DNA of 64,000 bases. Source: Sarea resinae (Eukaryota). The notes under the pieces are model-generated. The model saw nothing but the letters and a program-made list of their open reading frames with translations, was not told where the DNA came from and made no database searches. This document shows positions 23,825-36,821 of the stretch, piece by piece. Every line of letters starts with the position of its first letter. Position 1 is the first letter of the stretch. The translations under genes were made by a program, and so were the position numbers. The stretch is from positions 372,001 to 436,000 of the forward strand of contig JAPEUD010000008.1 of the NCBI GenBank assembly GCA_026026165.1. Direction: 5' to 3'.

Positions 23825-25262
23825 TCACTTCCTCCGCTGCATCGTCTTGACACACATCTCCATCAGACCGGCCTTGGCCTCGCTTTCCGGGAAAAACGCA
23901 ATGGCCTCCATGGCCTTGTCGGCATACTCTTGGGCCAGGGCGCGTGTTTGCTCAAGACCGTCACTTCGGAGGACCAGTTCCCGGGCCTGCGATCAAATGG
24001 TTAGTATAAGCTTCCTTCTCCTTCTCTGGGACTGATTGGGGAGAAGCGCAGCTCACCCTCTTAACATCACCCTCGTTGGCAAACTTCCTGCCAACTAGAG
24101 CACCCAGCTCGCGGTTATCTCTCCAGGCGAACAGGAGCGGGGCGGTCGCGAGTCCAAGTTCGAGATCGGCGCCGGCGGGCTTGCCCAGTTCCTCGCCGCT
24201 GATTGTGTAATCGAGCATGTCGTCGACAAGCTGGAACGCCAGGCCCAAGTTCTTGCCGTAAGCATAGGCAGCTTCGACGACCTCTGGGGAACTCCGACCG
24301 AGCAATGCGGCCGCACGGCATGATTTGCTGATCAGAGAGGCGGACTTGAGGTAGGTTTTCTGTAGATAGTACGACACGGTCTCTTCGGTCCAGACGGGGG
24401 ATTTCTCATCCAGAGCCGTGTTCTTAAGCTGCATGAACTCGCCCTCGACGAGGTTGGCGATGACGGTCGCGAGCAGCTCGACCACTTCTGCGTCTCGGAG
24501 TCTTGCGAGGGCGACGGAGGCGCGGCCGAGTAGGAAATCACCAGCGAGGACGGCCATCTTGTTACCGAAGGCAATGTTGGCCGAGGGAGCGGAGCGGCGG
24601 GAGAGAGAGTGATCTATCACGTCATCATGAAGTAGAGAGGCCGTGTGGATGAGCTCCGTTATCTCTGCGAGTCGGCGTTGGGAGGGAAGGATATCAGAGT
24701 CTTCAGGGGCATAGGTGGTTTCTGCGGGCGGCGGGGTTAGAGAGTCGTGCTCAGGGGAAGGATTGGAGTCGGCGAGGATGGCAGGCGATGAAATTGGGCT
24801 GCTGATACTCTCGGTCGTCAAAGGAGGGGATTGTGCGACCTTGGGCGTCAGAGACGTAGCCCGCGACATGAGTAGCACCACCAAGGGCCGAATGTGTTTG
24901 CCCTCGGACTGGGTGTAGTATTTGGCCACGGTATCAAGCGTAGGATGTCCGGAGCCGAGCAGCTGTCGAATGTTCTTGGTCAAGAACTTCATCTCCTTGG
25001 CCACTATTCGCAGAGGGTCTGTAGAGATGCCGGCCGCCGTTTGATCCGGGGCCGAGTTGATGAGATTTTGCGCTGCAGAGACGGCGGCTGCCCATGATGA
25101 TTGGTGTCGTCGACGTGCAGGGTGGTGATATGAAGCTGCAAGAGGGAGGGATCGTATCGACGAGACGGATTGAGACGGCTGAAGGCGTACTGGAAGCTGG
25201 GCACGAGACGATGATAGACAGCTATTGGCGAGCAATGAAGCTCGCGATAGTCGAAATCTCAT
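23825..25262 (-). CDS. COQ1: Mitochondrial polyprenyl diphosphate synthase Coq1, 2 exons
   Basis: GKHIRP, ELIHTASLLHDDVID, AVLAGDFLL, GLAFQLVDD, ADLELGLATAP. Arg/Ser-rich presequence. Confidence 0.95.
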
Positions 25263-25674
25263 GCTTGTGGGAGGCGAAAGAGGCGGAACGGTCTGGAGGA
25301 CAGCTGATGGATGCCAGCCAGCTAATTGATCCGATGGAGGATGTGAATGAAGGAGCTGGAGGTTATGAGAGGGGAGGGCCAGAAGGGAGCAATTGGTTGA
25401 TTGAAGACGGTGGAGGAGGAGCAAAGCAAGTCTCGGTCAGCGAAAATGATGATATCCTCGAGTATACTCGGAGTATATTATCCATGCCAAAAGTACCAAG
25501 ATACAAAGAGTACAGAAGTACCAGATCTAGATCCAACTCGCTCGCTTTCGCTTTGCCGTCAGGAAGACGCTGAAGGCATCCAGATCCATCATTCCTTTGG
25601 TCTACGCAATACTACATAGACCTTCCGCTCTTGATGGCGTCCAATTCCGCTCTCTGACCCATCCATTTCTCGCC

Positions 25675-26559
25675 ATGGTTCTCCTGACCATGACGCCTGC
25701 CGTCGTGGCAGCCATACAGAAATTGAATGCTCTCGAAGACTTGGCCTCGATCGAGCCCACCTTGAAAGGCGCTGCCGTAAACAAACCGATTTCTCACAAC
25801 CAAATCATCGACATTGCCAGGCGGTTGCGACAGCATGGCCCTGCACCAGCAACAGCGGCACCCACCGCGGCGAAGGAACCGACTTCATGGCGGCTATCTG
25901 ATTTACTACGTGGCTCTGCCATCTACATTGATCCGCCAAAGCCAAAGCCAGAACCCGTGAGTCTTGATCATATGGCACCTCCTCGAATGCAAACGCGCAT
26001 GTTCTGACGATGCGAACCAAAGACACCCGAATACAAAGCTCTCATGGCGCGCCTCCGTCGCGAGGAAGAGTCTCGTGAATATGAGCGAATGATCAGCCCT
26101 CCACCCCCGTCCGAGACATTTGCGAAGCGATTTCCTTCCTCGACCCTCGCTCACACGTTCCCTTCCATCGGCGCTCCACCAACCGAAGAGGATGACGAGA
26201 TCACCTACGCCGATGTCAATCGGCAGATGACGTTGATTTTAAATGTTCTCATCTCCATCATAGCCTGCAGTATCGCCATCTGGCTGGCGGCAAGGCATTG
26301 GAGCACGCCGAGTAGACTCGGCTTAAGTATGGGTGGAGCTGGGCTCGTTGGCGTCGCCGAGGTCGTCGTATATGCTGGGTATTTAGGACGGGTGAAGGAG
26401 GCGAAAGAGAGGACGAAGAAACAAAAGGAGAAAAAGGAAGTCGTGCATACGTGGGTCATTGAAGGTAAGGGAGAGAAGGTGTCAGAAAAGTCAGCTGCAA
26501 AGCGATATGACCTCGAAAAGCATCAGCCATTAAGGCAAAGGAAAGCGAAACCGAAGTGA
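25675..26559 (+). CDS. VMA12: V-ATPase ER assembly factor Vma12/Vph2, 2 exons
   Basis: MVLLTMT start, PPKPKPEP/TPEYKALMARLRREEESREYERM, two transmembrane segments ending in VAEVVVY. Confidence 0.87.
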
Positions 26560-26854
26560 TCGTCTTGTCACTTGAGCGATCGACTTATCAATTATTAATG
26601 CCTAATCTTGATCTACGGATAACGTTGTCGAATAGGAAGGTCAACGCCGTAACTCCAAGCAATGCGAAATCCCCGGCCCCAGTCTCCAGAATGCAAATTG
26701 CTGTTGTCCATACACCCATCTCACCCCATTTGTTTAACCCTTCTCCTAAACATAGATAAGCAGTAGCGATCAAAACACAGGATCTAGTCCGACGTCAAAT
26801 CAACACGAACATAATCTTCAAATTTCACACCAAAAGAACAGAACCAGGTAATAT

Positions 26855-28713
26855 TCACTCCCATCCTCGTGCTCCACCTTCTATACTCTCAATAGAAGAG
26901 CCCGCCGCGCCGACAGCAGGAGGAGGTGCAAAAGCCATCCTCAAAGGACTAGGTACATTCGCAAATCCAGGCCTCGGCGATCTGGACGAGGTACGGAGAG
27001 GAAGACTAAAAGCTGATGCTTTACTTGGACTGCTGCTGCGGCCGGCTTGATTGCGGCCGAGGATGAGAGAGGAGGCTTTTTGCGTGCGCAAAACGGGCCG
27101 AATAGTACGTTGCGATGAGGTCTGACTCCGAGGACTGTCGGATGTATGGCTTTTAGCCTTGGACTTGGATTTATGACTTCCCGTCGAGCTTCCGGAACGG
27201 GAACGAGATCGAGAACGGGATCGAGAAGCAGACGGCGAACGGTGATGCGAGGAATGCATGGAACCGATTTGACTGACCGAGTCGCTTGGAGCTATGGAAT
27301 CGGCGTCGTCATTAATGTTGGCACCGCGACCCAATACGCTGGATACGATAGTCTGAGCGGTTGGAGCTGGAGGGGTGCCATTGCGAATAGCTGTGACGAC
27401 TGTGCCGGCAGCTGTGGAGCCCGAAGAGGCAGGGAGAGGTGTGTTGGCTGCCGCTGCGGTGGAGGCTTTTGTGCTGGCTGGAAGAGGAATATCTTTTGCG
27501 GAATGGTACGTAGTGTTTGTGGCCGCGCTGACACGGCTATGGCTGCGACTGCGACTGCGGCTGCGGGAGCTGCGGTGCGAATGGTGCGAATGAGAGGAAT
27601 GATGACTGCTACCGGCCTTACTCTTGCTTTTGCGGCCTTTACTCGAGGCGGACACGACGCTCAAGTATTCTGGAATTGCGCGAGGCGCTTCGGACGGGAC
27701 GTACGTATTGATGAGTGTGCTCGGTTGGCGAACGACGGGTGGAGCTTCGATGGCTTTACGAGTAATTGCCGTCGCTGAGGGGTTGTCGACAGTATGGCGA
27801 GAGCTGATGGATGGGCGGGTGTAGGCGCTGTGCGCGCCGGTGAAGTAATTGACCATTTGGCGTCCGGCGGCTGAGGCTCCAGCTTGAATTTCGGATGCGG
27901 GGATGTAGTAAGATTCAGGCTCCTTCGCGGGGGCGGGTGTAGCTGCCGGCTCGATGGATCGTTGAACACCTTGTGGGGGAGGTGGCTTTGACTCCGAGTC
28001 TGCACTCATGGAATCCCCTTTCACCATGGCATAGGCGACAGCTGCACCAGCTGCTGCTCCGAGAAGAGTGCCAATGAGTGTTTTGGTGGACGGCCCTTCA
28101 TTCGAAGGCGGCGCTTGCTCAGTAGCGACCGGGGCCACCTGGCTTTTTACAGTAGGAGCTGGGGCTGCAGCTGAATTCGCAGAAGCTTCACTGGCTGGAG
28201 GTTTTGAGTTGCCAGAGACACTCTTGGCTACACTCTTTTGCCAAGTGAGGACGCGACGGGCTTCTGGCCCTTCAAGAACAGCAGCTTGATCAGAAAGGCC
28301 ATCGCGATGGACGACTTCAATGCTGTTCCCATCAAAGTCTAAGACGGCGGCATTGTAGTAGCCCTTGTCCGCGTCTCTAGTCGCCGGTTCGCCATTCGGA
28401 CGACCGCCGGCTTTGAGTGCGGCTCGGAAAAAGGCGTTCACAACGCTGCGGCTAGGTGCAGAGAAGGCGATATGGGCAGCACCAGCTTTGATGCTGCAGG
28501 AAAGCAATCAGCAAACATTTCTCATACGAACTTGGGACAAGCGTACCCTGGCGTCTCCTGACATAAGAAGAAATCCGCATCATATATCCCAAGGCCGATC
28601 TGGTTGCCCTCTTGACCGATGAATCTGTAGCCAAGCGGCTGCAGCGAGGAAAGAAAGAACGAGCACGACGTCGGAAGATGGGAAACGGTCAGACCAATAT
28701 GAGATACAGGCAT
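26855..28713 (-). CDS. Glyoxalase/VOC-domain protein with a glycine-rich hydrophobic segment and long S/R-rich tail, 2 exons
   Basis: MPVSHIGLTVSHL...LQPLGY, HIAFSAPSR...FFRAALKAGG, YYNAAVLDFDGNSIEV, LIGTLLGAAAGAAVAYAM. Confidence 0.85.
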
Positions 28714-30381
28714 GGCGTTTGCCGTTTCTAGAAGATGAATGCGGGGGGAGCAGGCAAGATGCAAGTTGCGGTGAAGAAGCGAAGGCCAGTTCTTTTTTCT
28801 TTACAGACAGGTTCAGAGAGTAGTATCTCGCGGAGAGATATTTCACAGACAGACAAAGCAAGATCGATGAGAGCAAAGAGCGTGGGAGTCTAAATAGGCA
28901 ACGATAGCTGGCAGGCGGGCAGGCGAGCAGACTGGTAGACTGGCAGTAGTCCCATTAAGCATTATCATTACCCGCATGGTGATCTGTTATCAAGGCGCTA
29001 TATATCGATTGACGCGTTGATTGAACGGGCTCTATCAAGTCAGCAGACTCGCATAAGTAAGGCAATCCACGTCGAAAGCCGACGGTCCCTGACGGGCCAT
29101 ACAGGCCTGGGCAGAGCCGTAGAAGCATCACGCTTGCAATGCCATGTTTGGCAATTTGAGCGGGCCGTGGTGTCGCGCTTTTCGGGGCGTGCCACGTTGG
29201 TGGTGGAGAGCTCGCCGATGGCTCCTATGGGGCGTACTACCTGTCCTATGTACTCGGAGTAGTATACTTCATACCCTACCCGTCGAGGTCGTGAAGGGCT
29301 GTACTCCGTATTAGGAGAGCGGGACAGGTCGATGTGGTGGTCGGTGTGGTTGGCGTGGTTGGTGCGGTACGGCACGGTGCGGTGAGCCCCATCGACCTGC
29401 AGATGCTGCAGATGCTGCAGATGGATCCTTGGCCGTCGGTTCGTCTGTTCGTAGTTGCATGATCGCCTCACCACCATCATTGGTTCGGGGCCTCCTCGAT
29501 TGTTCAGTGCGAGACCGCGAAGCTCGCCGAATGGCTCGTGATTCGCACGTCCTATGCTGATGAACACTCTGATTCCAGCTGAGGTGACCGGCACCGTCAG
29601 GCATAGCTACAGATGGACGACTCTATCCGTCTCAACCCGGAAAGTATGCCATTTGCCCATTGCTGTCATCTCCTTCTCCAACGCCCTAGAATCGGTGGGA
29701 ACCTACCAAACACATGTAGCAGATGCGGGGCTTCAAGCATTGGTCAAGGGTCGTGACAAGTCGTTTCAAGTTTGGGCTAGAATTCGAGAACGCCACAGCG
29801 GCTCCACACAACAGAGGTAGGTACTCTGGAGTATACAGAGTAGATATTGATCAAACGGATTGGATACGAGGCCGGCCGATTGCGGCCCAGTGACAAGCCC
29901 CGGACGGTGATATCTTTTAATTACATTTTTCTCTCATCATAGAAACCCCAAAACACCCACCCGGTACATTACAAGAGGAACTGTCATTAATCTGCCACGC
30001 GGCAGCACGCAGATAGCCAGACGAGATCGTGAGACATCTGACGAAAAGGAGGGTCTCAGAAAGGAAATAAGAAGACTTGAAATGAGATGGATGAAGCAAG
30101 TTGAAGTGCCTCATAGGAAGACGAAAATCGCCTTGAGTCTGTTGAAAGCCTGTTGTTTTGGTTGCAAAAACAGAAAGCTATCCGCAGATCTCTCAATGCT
30201 AGCCGTGAAGTCACGCCAGAGCAGCTTTGATGTTGGTATCGCAGCCCTCTCACGCTCTCCATCCATATCATCTCGTCCATGAGATCCTTTGAAAATCTTC
30301 CAAGTCGTTAGGCGTAAGGTATCGGATCCGTCGGTTGCGTCGCTGTCAGTTAAAACAATACTTTCATAGTTGAGCCACGGG

Positions 30382-31430
30382 CTAGACGATGTTCCAAACA
30401 TCTTCTGCCGCGTGACAGAATTTGCTGCACGCAACACTGGCACTCAAGCTGTAGTTGCTGATACTGATATGGTCGTCAACATATTGGTCGGCAAAAGTGT
30501 CGTTCCCTTTAGCCATGGCACCAACGAAAACGCAGACGCTTTCGTTTGGGCCCAGGTCCGAAATGTAGTCCTGCACTCGTACGACTTCGGCCTCAAAACT
30601 GAGTGTGACTTTCCTGCAGTTTGGAGGCAGATGGTCGGTGATTGGGTTCTTGATAACCTTTAGTAGTTTCTCTTGAGAGTTTGTTGATCTGATCGATAGT
30701 CGGTGAAGGAGCTGGACCATGAGGCCTGCGAACCGTTTGAACGTTCGTGGTATGCGGACAGTCGGACTGACTTCAATGAGAACGCCCTTGGCTGTATGGA
30801 TGTAAATTTGTAACCTGCCCGCCTTGTTGACAGGAGAGTCGAGGAGGGTCAGTAGACACTACAGTCAATGTAAGCCCCGAATACTTCTCCATTTGATACA
30901 TTGGAGGTCTTCTCAAACCTGGTGCGTAATGTCCGGCCGAGCTTCACTGATGTCTCGATTCATCTTTCGCATCACTCCAATGTGCTCATCACTGTTAAGC
31001 AACGAATATTTTTCATCCCTTCCCATCGCGCCACGGCTCCCGGCTGACTTGTAGGTCTCAAGGCTGGCATTGGAGAGGACAACGATCAGTCGCTTCGAAT
31101 CTTTATCGTTGTAGGCGATAGGAACGTGCTGCTCTGCAACGAGCTGCGGAAGGGCTGGAGGAGGACACGACTGAGTCCCTACATTCATAGCGATTTGGTT
31201 AGTACTAGATGTTCTTTCGTCTGTTGGAACGCGAGGTTGCGGGGCTGTGATAATTTCGAGATGAAGTGGTTGTGGCGGTGACGAGTCAGACGAAAATCTC
31301 GTCAAGGAAAAGGTTTGATGGGGGTAATTAGCGGTTGCGACTACAATGAGGCCTAAGAGAGAGCGAAGATGAACGAGAGATTGGTATTACTTGGTCTCTT
31401 CCGGTTCCGGCCTTCTGGAGAGTGCGACAT
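30382..31430 (-). CDS. EMG1: 18S rRNA pseudouridine methyltransferase Emg1/Nep1, 3 exons
   Basis: [48 protein letters not shown]. Exon 1 [13 protein letters not shown] joined through intron 31179-31390. Confidence 0.95.
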
Positions 31431-32358
31431 ATTTTCCCTATGCTCGATGAATCAATACTGCTGTAGTCACTCAGTCGGTGGGATGGCGGTCAGCGTGAAG
31501 CGAAAAGAACGATGGGAGGGACGAGAGTATATAAAGTGGAGGAATGAGAGGGGTGATGGATCAATCGAAGAGAATAGTGGTGGCACAATGTGAATGTAAC
31601 ACTGGATGATGAGAAGAGAGAGGACAGACTCGATGGGAACCTGGAAGGATGGATTGTGGTCTCAGACGGAGAATACAATGGCTGAGGGAATTGCTGAGAA
31701 TTGCTGAGAATGGAAGAGAACCGCTGCAGGTAGTACCTACTGAAGTACGCCGTACGCTGTACTCCGTAGTGTTGGATCCAATGTTCGTTGGGTCCCGAGT
31801 CAGGCACTGGGACTGCCCCTCGGCTCCATGCGGTCAGCTTAAGTGAGCGCGCGGGCCTTGGGGCTGATCCCCGCCTCTCCTGTCATTGTGGGGCATCGCG
31901 GGGTCCTCCTGAGCGATCACCCGCAACTTGACAGTTCTCTCCCTTCTCGTTGACTCTGTCCATCCATGGATGCTCATACATGGTAGGTAGAGGTAGAGGT
32001 CCTTTGTAAGACTAGATCCCCGAGTATGTCTAGCCTACGTAATACGAATAACCAAGGCACGGGTCTCCGTCTGAAAGTTGGACCGAATCATCTTTCCTGC
32101 ATGCTCTAACTCTGACCTTACCCCGAACTTCCAGGGTCCAACGACGAGATGATGTGATGGTTGGCACCCTAAAGACGCATATAAATCTTATTTGATTAAT
32201 TCCCGGTATCTCAGATATATAATGAAGATCATCGCCACCCCCATATCAATACCCCGCCGTCATGGCACATGGTTCGGACACCGAACGCCGAAAGTAAACA
32301 GATATTCCCAGCCCACCCTCAGGATGCCTACTCGAACGAAATTCTGAAGAAGACTGGC

Positions 32359-33735
32359 TTATCGCCCCAGAAAACCGAGCACGGCTCCAACCATAACAGC
32401 TGCCTCCCGCTCCCAGTTGCCACCAGGGATGACTTTCGCCCTGATCAGACTGCCATTAGGTGATCGAGATCCTCGAAGAACACAGTTGCGGATGGCGTCC
32501 CGTACTCGTTCCTTGTTGCTTCGCAAAGTACGCGCAGATACTCCTCCGCGGTTCAAGATCTCTTGAACCCGAGGTGAGAGCGAGGACGCGAGTGAGCGCC
32601 AGAAGTACGAGGGCAGCGATGTCGTATCCAGTGAAATTAGTAGAGGCTGAAGGAGGTTCGCGGGGGCGATAGCAGCAGATCCCGAAGGCGCAGGGGAAGA
32701 TAGCATAGGATGGGGAGGTGGTCTGATTGACTCCAACAGCCCTTCCAGGGCCACGATGTTCTGGCATCGTGCCGAGACTTCTATCAAGGTGCGGTCAAGA
32801 GTTGGTAAGGTACTGAGTGCTCTTGTAAGAGCTGCAAGTGAAGATGTGAGGGCCGTCTGCAAATATGTCTGCAACGCGGACACAACAAGTGCTGGCTGGA
32901 AGTCTGCCGGCGCGACGCCTTTTGTAATTGGTGACAGTAGATACAGAGACAGCAGCGCCGAGGTTGCCCGAGACTTCGCATCTTCTGTCTGAGCGTATGT
33001 AGAAGCAGCTGGTGTGCTGGCCTGAGCAGATTTGGTAGCAGTGGCTAGTGAAGACATTGAGAATTCCCGCACAATTTGCTGCGCTCTCGACAGAATATTG
33101 CGCTCAGCAGGATTAATTATGTCGCTTTCCAAGGCTGCGATGATCTTGACCCTTTGAAGTCCTTCGCCTTCCTCACCGGGCCCCGAAGCTGCGAATAATT
33201 GTCGAAGAGCCAAGAGCGTATTTGAAGCTCGCACCATGGCCCTATGGCCCTCTTTCCTTTCGCCGCCATGTTCACGTGAATCCATGTCGGCCATCTGTGC
33301 TTCTAACTGTCGTCCCAGTAGCAAGCTCCTTCCCACGGACCGCCCTGTCCTTACGGTCTCAAGTAATCTCTCTGTTACCGTCCGGATTTCTTCCGCTACT
33401 TCCCATCTTTGTACGACTTCCTTCTCTAACCTGCGGTAGCCAGAGGTCAAGTGTGCCACCTGCTCTTCCACCTCATCGACGATCCGCTGGCTTGCTTCTG
33501 AACTGTCTTTCGTATAGGTCAAGAGGGGTTCGGCAGATTTGGTTGTCAGCGTATGAATATGTGTGTCTATCTCTTGCACGTCGAAGAGGACTCGAGAGAG
33601 CGGTGTGGCCAGGTCGAGCTGGGCGTCCGATGGATTATTGGTGGTAAGCACAAGCTCGTTGGCAAAGGAAGCCGGAGAGAATGAGGGATCGAGGAAAGCT
33701 TCATAGTCGATATATGACGGTTCCGAGTCGGCCAT
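32359..33735 (-). CDS. COG5: Conserved oligomeric Golgi complex subunit Cog5
   Basis: SYIDYEAFLDPSFSPASFANELVLTTNNPSD...LSRVLFDVQEIDTHI, FWRSLAS, WEREAAVMV. Confidence 0.88.
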   Translation of the reverse strand: MADSEPSYIDYEAFLDPSFSPASFANELVLTTNNPSDAQLDLATPLSRVLFDVQEIDTHIHTLTTKSAEPLLTYTKDSSEASQRIVDEVEEQVAHLTSGYRRLEKEVVQRWEVAEEIRTVTERLLETVRTGRSVGRSLLLGRQLEAQMADMDSREHGGERKEGHRAMVRASNTLLALRQLFAASGPGEEGEGLQRVKIIAALESDIINPAERNILSRAQQIVREFSMSSLATATKSAQASTPAASTYAQTEDAKSRATSALLSLYLLSPITKGVAPADFQPALVVSALQTYLQTALTSSLAALTRALSTLPTLDRTLIEVSARCQNIVALEGLLESIRPPPHPMLSSPAPSGSAAIAPANLLQPLLISLDTTSLPSYFWRSLASSLSPRVQEILNRGGVSARTLRSNKERVRDAIRNCVLRGSRSPNGSLIRAKVIPGGNWEREAAVMVGAVLGFLGR

Positions 33736-34749
33736 GCTGATTGCGATTTACCCTCAGTTGAAGTATAGAGTAGTTGCCCTGGCCCATCGATCGGAAGAAG
33801 CCAGTCAAGTAGAAGTGAGAGATCGCATCGAAATGGTGGTCAGTGATGGTGCAACAGCATCTCGATAGCAATGTCTCCATTCATGTTGTCTGCCTTCTGC
33901 TGCATCCGCCTCGGGTTCAGGCCTCCTTGGGCTTTGAAAAGCGGCGTCGAAAAAGCTCGGACCACATCTCTTCGTGGGTACAAATACGAGCGAGCTTCCT
34001 GGCTCTCGCGCACGCCCTCTCTTCTACCGTTTCAAGGCCTCAGGCTTAAGATGAGATCTTCTCTTCTGATAAATATCACCTCAATTCAATCACTCATGCT
34101 ACATCTTGCTATTCCCTGTGAGATTCAGAGTTTTCTATTTCTGAGAGAGGTGTTATGTTCTCTTTATCAGGCGAGCGTCCGGCCGACTATGGCAATTCAT
34201 GTTTTATTCTAATTATATCAAAGTCCGGAGTCTGTCACATTCTAGCTCATTGTAAATCGGCGGAGCAAATCATTCCAATGTCTTATCTCCAGGAGCCCTC
34301 TACGTCCAAGTTTATTCGTCATTTACAGCCCGCTCATCTATCTACCAGTTCCTACGACCTAAACACTAATGAGGACGAATCGCAAAACTCGTGCTACAGG
34401 ACCTGTTAGTGTGCTCTGCTTATTATCGATAAGCTCAGCTCGGTCATTATATATAGCACAGCAGCCTTGGTGTAGACTTCATTCGGAGGTGGTAACACCG
34501 ACTGCAAGGTAGAACGTCGTCAGAAAGCAGTTTGACTTGAGAATGTCATGGACAATCTGGGAATCACGGAGTTCATTTCGGACCTTTGATATCGCCCCAC
34601 GAAGCCCCTAGCATCCTCTGCTATTTCAATCTAGTCGGAAAGAACATATTGTTATATCATTTCCGGAGAATTCCAATCATTCCAAAAGACCCGGGCTTCA
34701 ATACACTCTCAGTACCAGCTCAATAAACCCCCTAAGGACTATTTTCAGC

Positions 34750-36821
34750 ATGTACAGAACTCCTCGGTGTATCTGGAGGTCCTCAGTCAAACAACTTGAT
34801 CAAAGCAGGTCGCATCATCCTCAAGCGCAGAACATGAGATATCTGTCGTTCTTCCGTTCGCCTCGAAGAGAGTCAATATTCCAGATGCCAGAGCTCTGCG
34901 TAGAGAGGCCATGTGGGACAGGTATCTGAGCCTTAAAAGAGCCACTTTCCCCGGTATAGACTAGAAGCTGACTTTGGCGTTTGAGGCGAGAGAATAGAAA
35001 CCATCTCGGAGGAAGATTTGCATCAATACACCAGACATCGATGGCTGTAAGAAAGTGTAACACAACGTGATATGAACATTCTGACCAACACTTGTGATCT
35101 CTCAGATCTAACGAACAGCTTGAGCTTTCCAAACGCTATGTAAAGTTCAATCTGCAGGAGCTGATCCACGCTGCAATTAATGTCAGTATGGAAGCTCGAT
35201 ACTGTATGTTCCTTTCCGTAAAAGCCCTGACTTGGGCACTACCTTCTGATATCATCAACAGGTACTAGAATTCTCAAATGTGCCGAGGGCCTACATAACA
35301 AGGCCTTTGTCTTGACGATGGACAATGGTTTCGAGGTTTTGGCGAAGCTCCCAAATCCAAACGCTGGACCTCCCCACTACACTACCGCCTCCGAGGTTGC
35401 TACACGCGAGCTGGTAAGTTGAGTGTGTGCCGTGAAACCCTCTGTCATGCAGCTGAAGGTCTAAGTTACGCGATTTGTTCAATGTACCGGTCCCTCGAGT
35501 TCTTGCATGGTCATCTGACGCAGCAAATAATCTTGTCGAGGCAGAGTATATCATCGAGGAGAAGGCGCCTGGGGTTCGGCTTGGCGCTCTTTGGAATCAA
35601 TGGCCAAGAGAATTGAAGCTTGAATTGATCAGGCAGGTAGTCGATATCGAGAACATATTGACGACAATTCCATTTCCCAAGCATGGCTGCATCTATTTTA
35701 AGGATGACCTGCGCTCGTTGACTGGGGATGCTGAAAACCTCAACATCAAGTCTGCTTCTACCGGCGCTCTTGAACGCTTTTCAATTGGACCTCTAGTTTC
35801 AACCGATCTATGGACCGGTACCAGGGGTGATATGCGACTAGATCGTGGTCCTTGTTAGTAAAACAAGCTACAACCCTCTTCTCATGTTGCTAATCATCAT
35901 CGTACAGGGCTGGATCCATCGGAATACACGCAAGCATTAGGACGGAATGAGTTGGCGTGGATCAAATCAGCTGCAAGCCCTCGGATGAACTATTATCGCT
36001 CGATTCAAGATTATGAGCTTCCTGAGGAAGGCATAGCTCTTCTGACTCAATACATGCATGTGGCTCCCCATCTAGTTCCTCCATCGATGGATGGGGCTGC
36101 AGCAGCCAATGTTCTCTGGCACCCTGACCTCCATCTAGACAACGTCTTTGTTGACCCAGACACTCGCCAAATTACCCGCATCGTGGACTGGCAATCGGCG
36201 TGTGTGGCGCCTCTGTTTTATCAATCCGGTGTCCCAAGGATGTTTCGACATCCCAAGCCTGTCAGAGAAGGCTGGATCGTTCCCGAACGGCCCGAGAACT
36301 TCGACAGCCTCGGCGAAGGTGAAAAAAACAAGATCGATGATGATTTGGAGGGCGAGACCATTCATAAATACTACGAGGCTCAAGTTTGCAAACGAGCACC
36401 CCGCCACTGGGCAGTTCTTCAACGAAAAGATATTCCAGTAATTCGAAAGCCGGTCTGGCTGACCAGTGGAGTATGGGAAAATCGTGACCTCTTCTTCCTC
36501 CGTCAATCGCTCATATCGCTCGCTGCACGTTGGGAAGAGCTGTTTCCGGATGATCAGCCGCCTTGCCCGATCAAATTCACGGAAAAGGACCTTGAACTCC
36601 ACTCCAAAGAGGAAGAGAACATGAACGGCGTCGGCCAGATGCTCGTCCTGTTTCGGGACCAAGGTATACTCCCGGTTGATGGCATGGTCGATCCTTCAGA
36701 CTTCGAAATTGCCAAGCAGAACTGCCGCAAGTTTAAAGACATCTTCATTGGATTGGCTAAAGACGACGATGAGAGGAAGTTGTTCGCAAAGCTGTGGCCG
36801 TATCAAGATCCCGAGAAGTAG
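34750..36821 (+). CDS. APH/choline-kinase-fold phosphotransferase, Aim9-like, multi-exon (start uncertain)
   Basis: Spliced YTRHRWL, EGLHNKAFVLTMDNG...AKLPNPNAGP...TASEVAT, VPVPRVLAWS, LWHPDLHLDNVFVD, IVDWQ. Confidence 0.85.
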
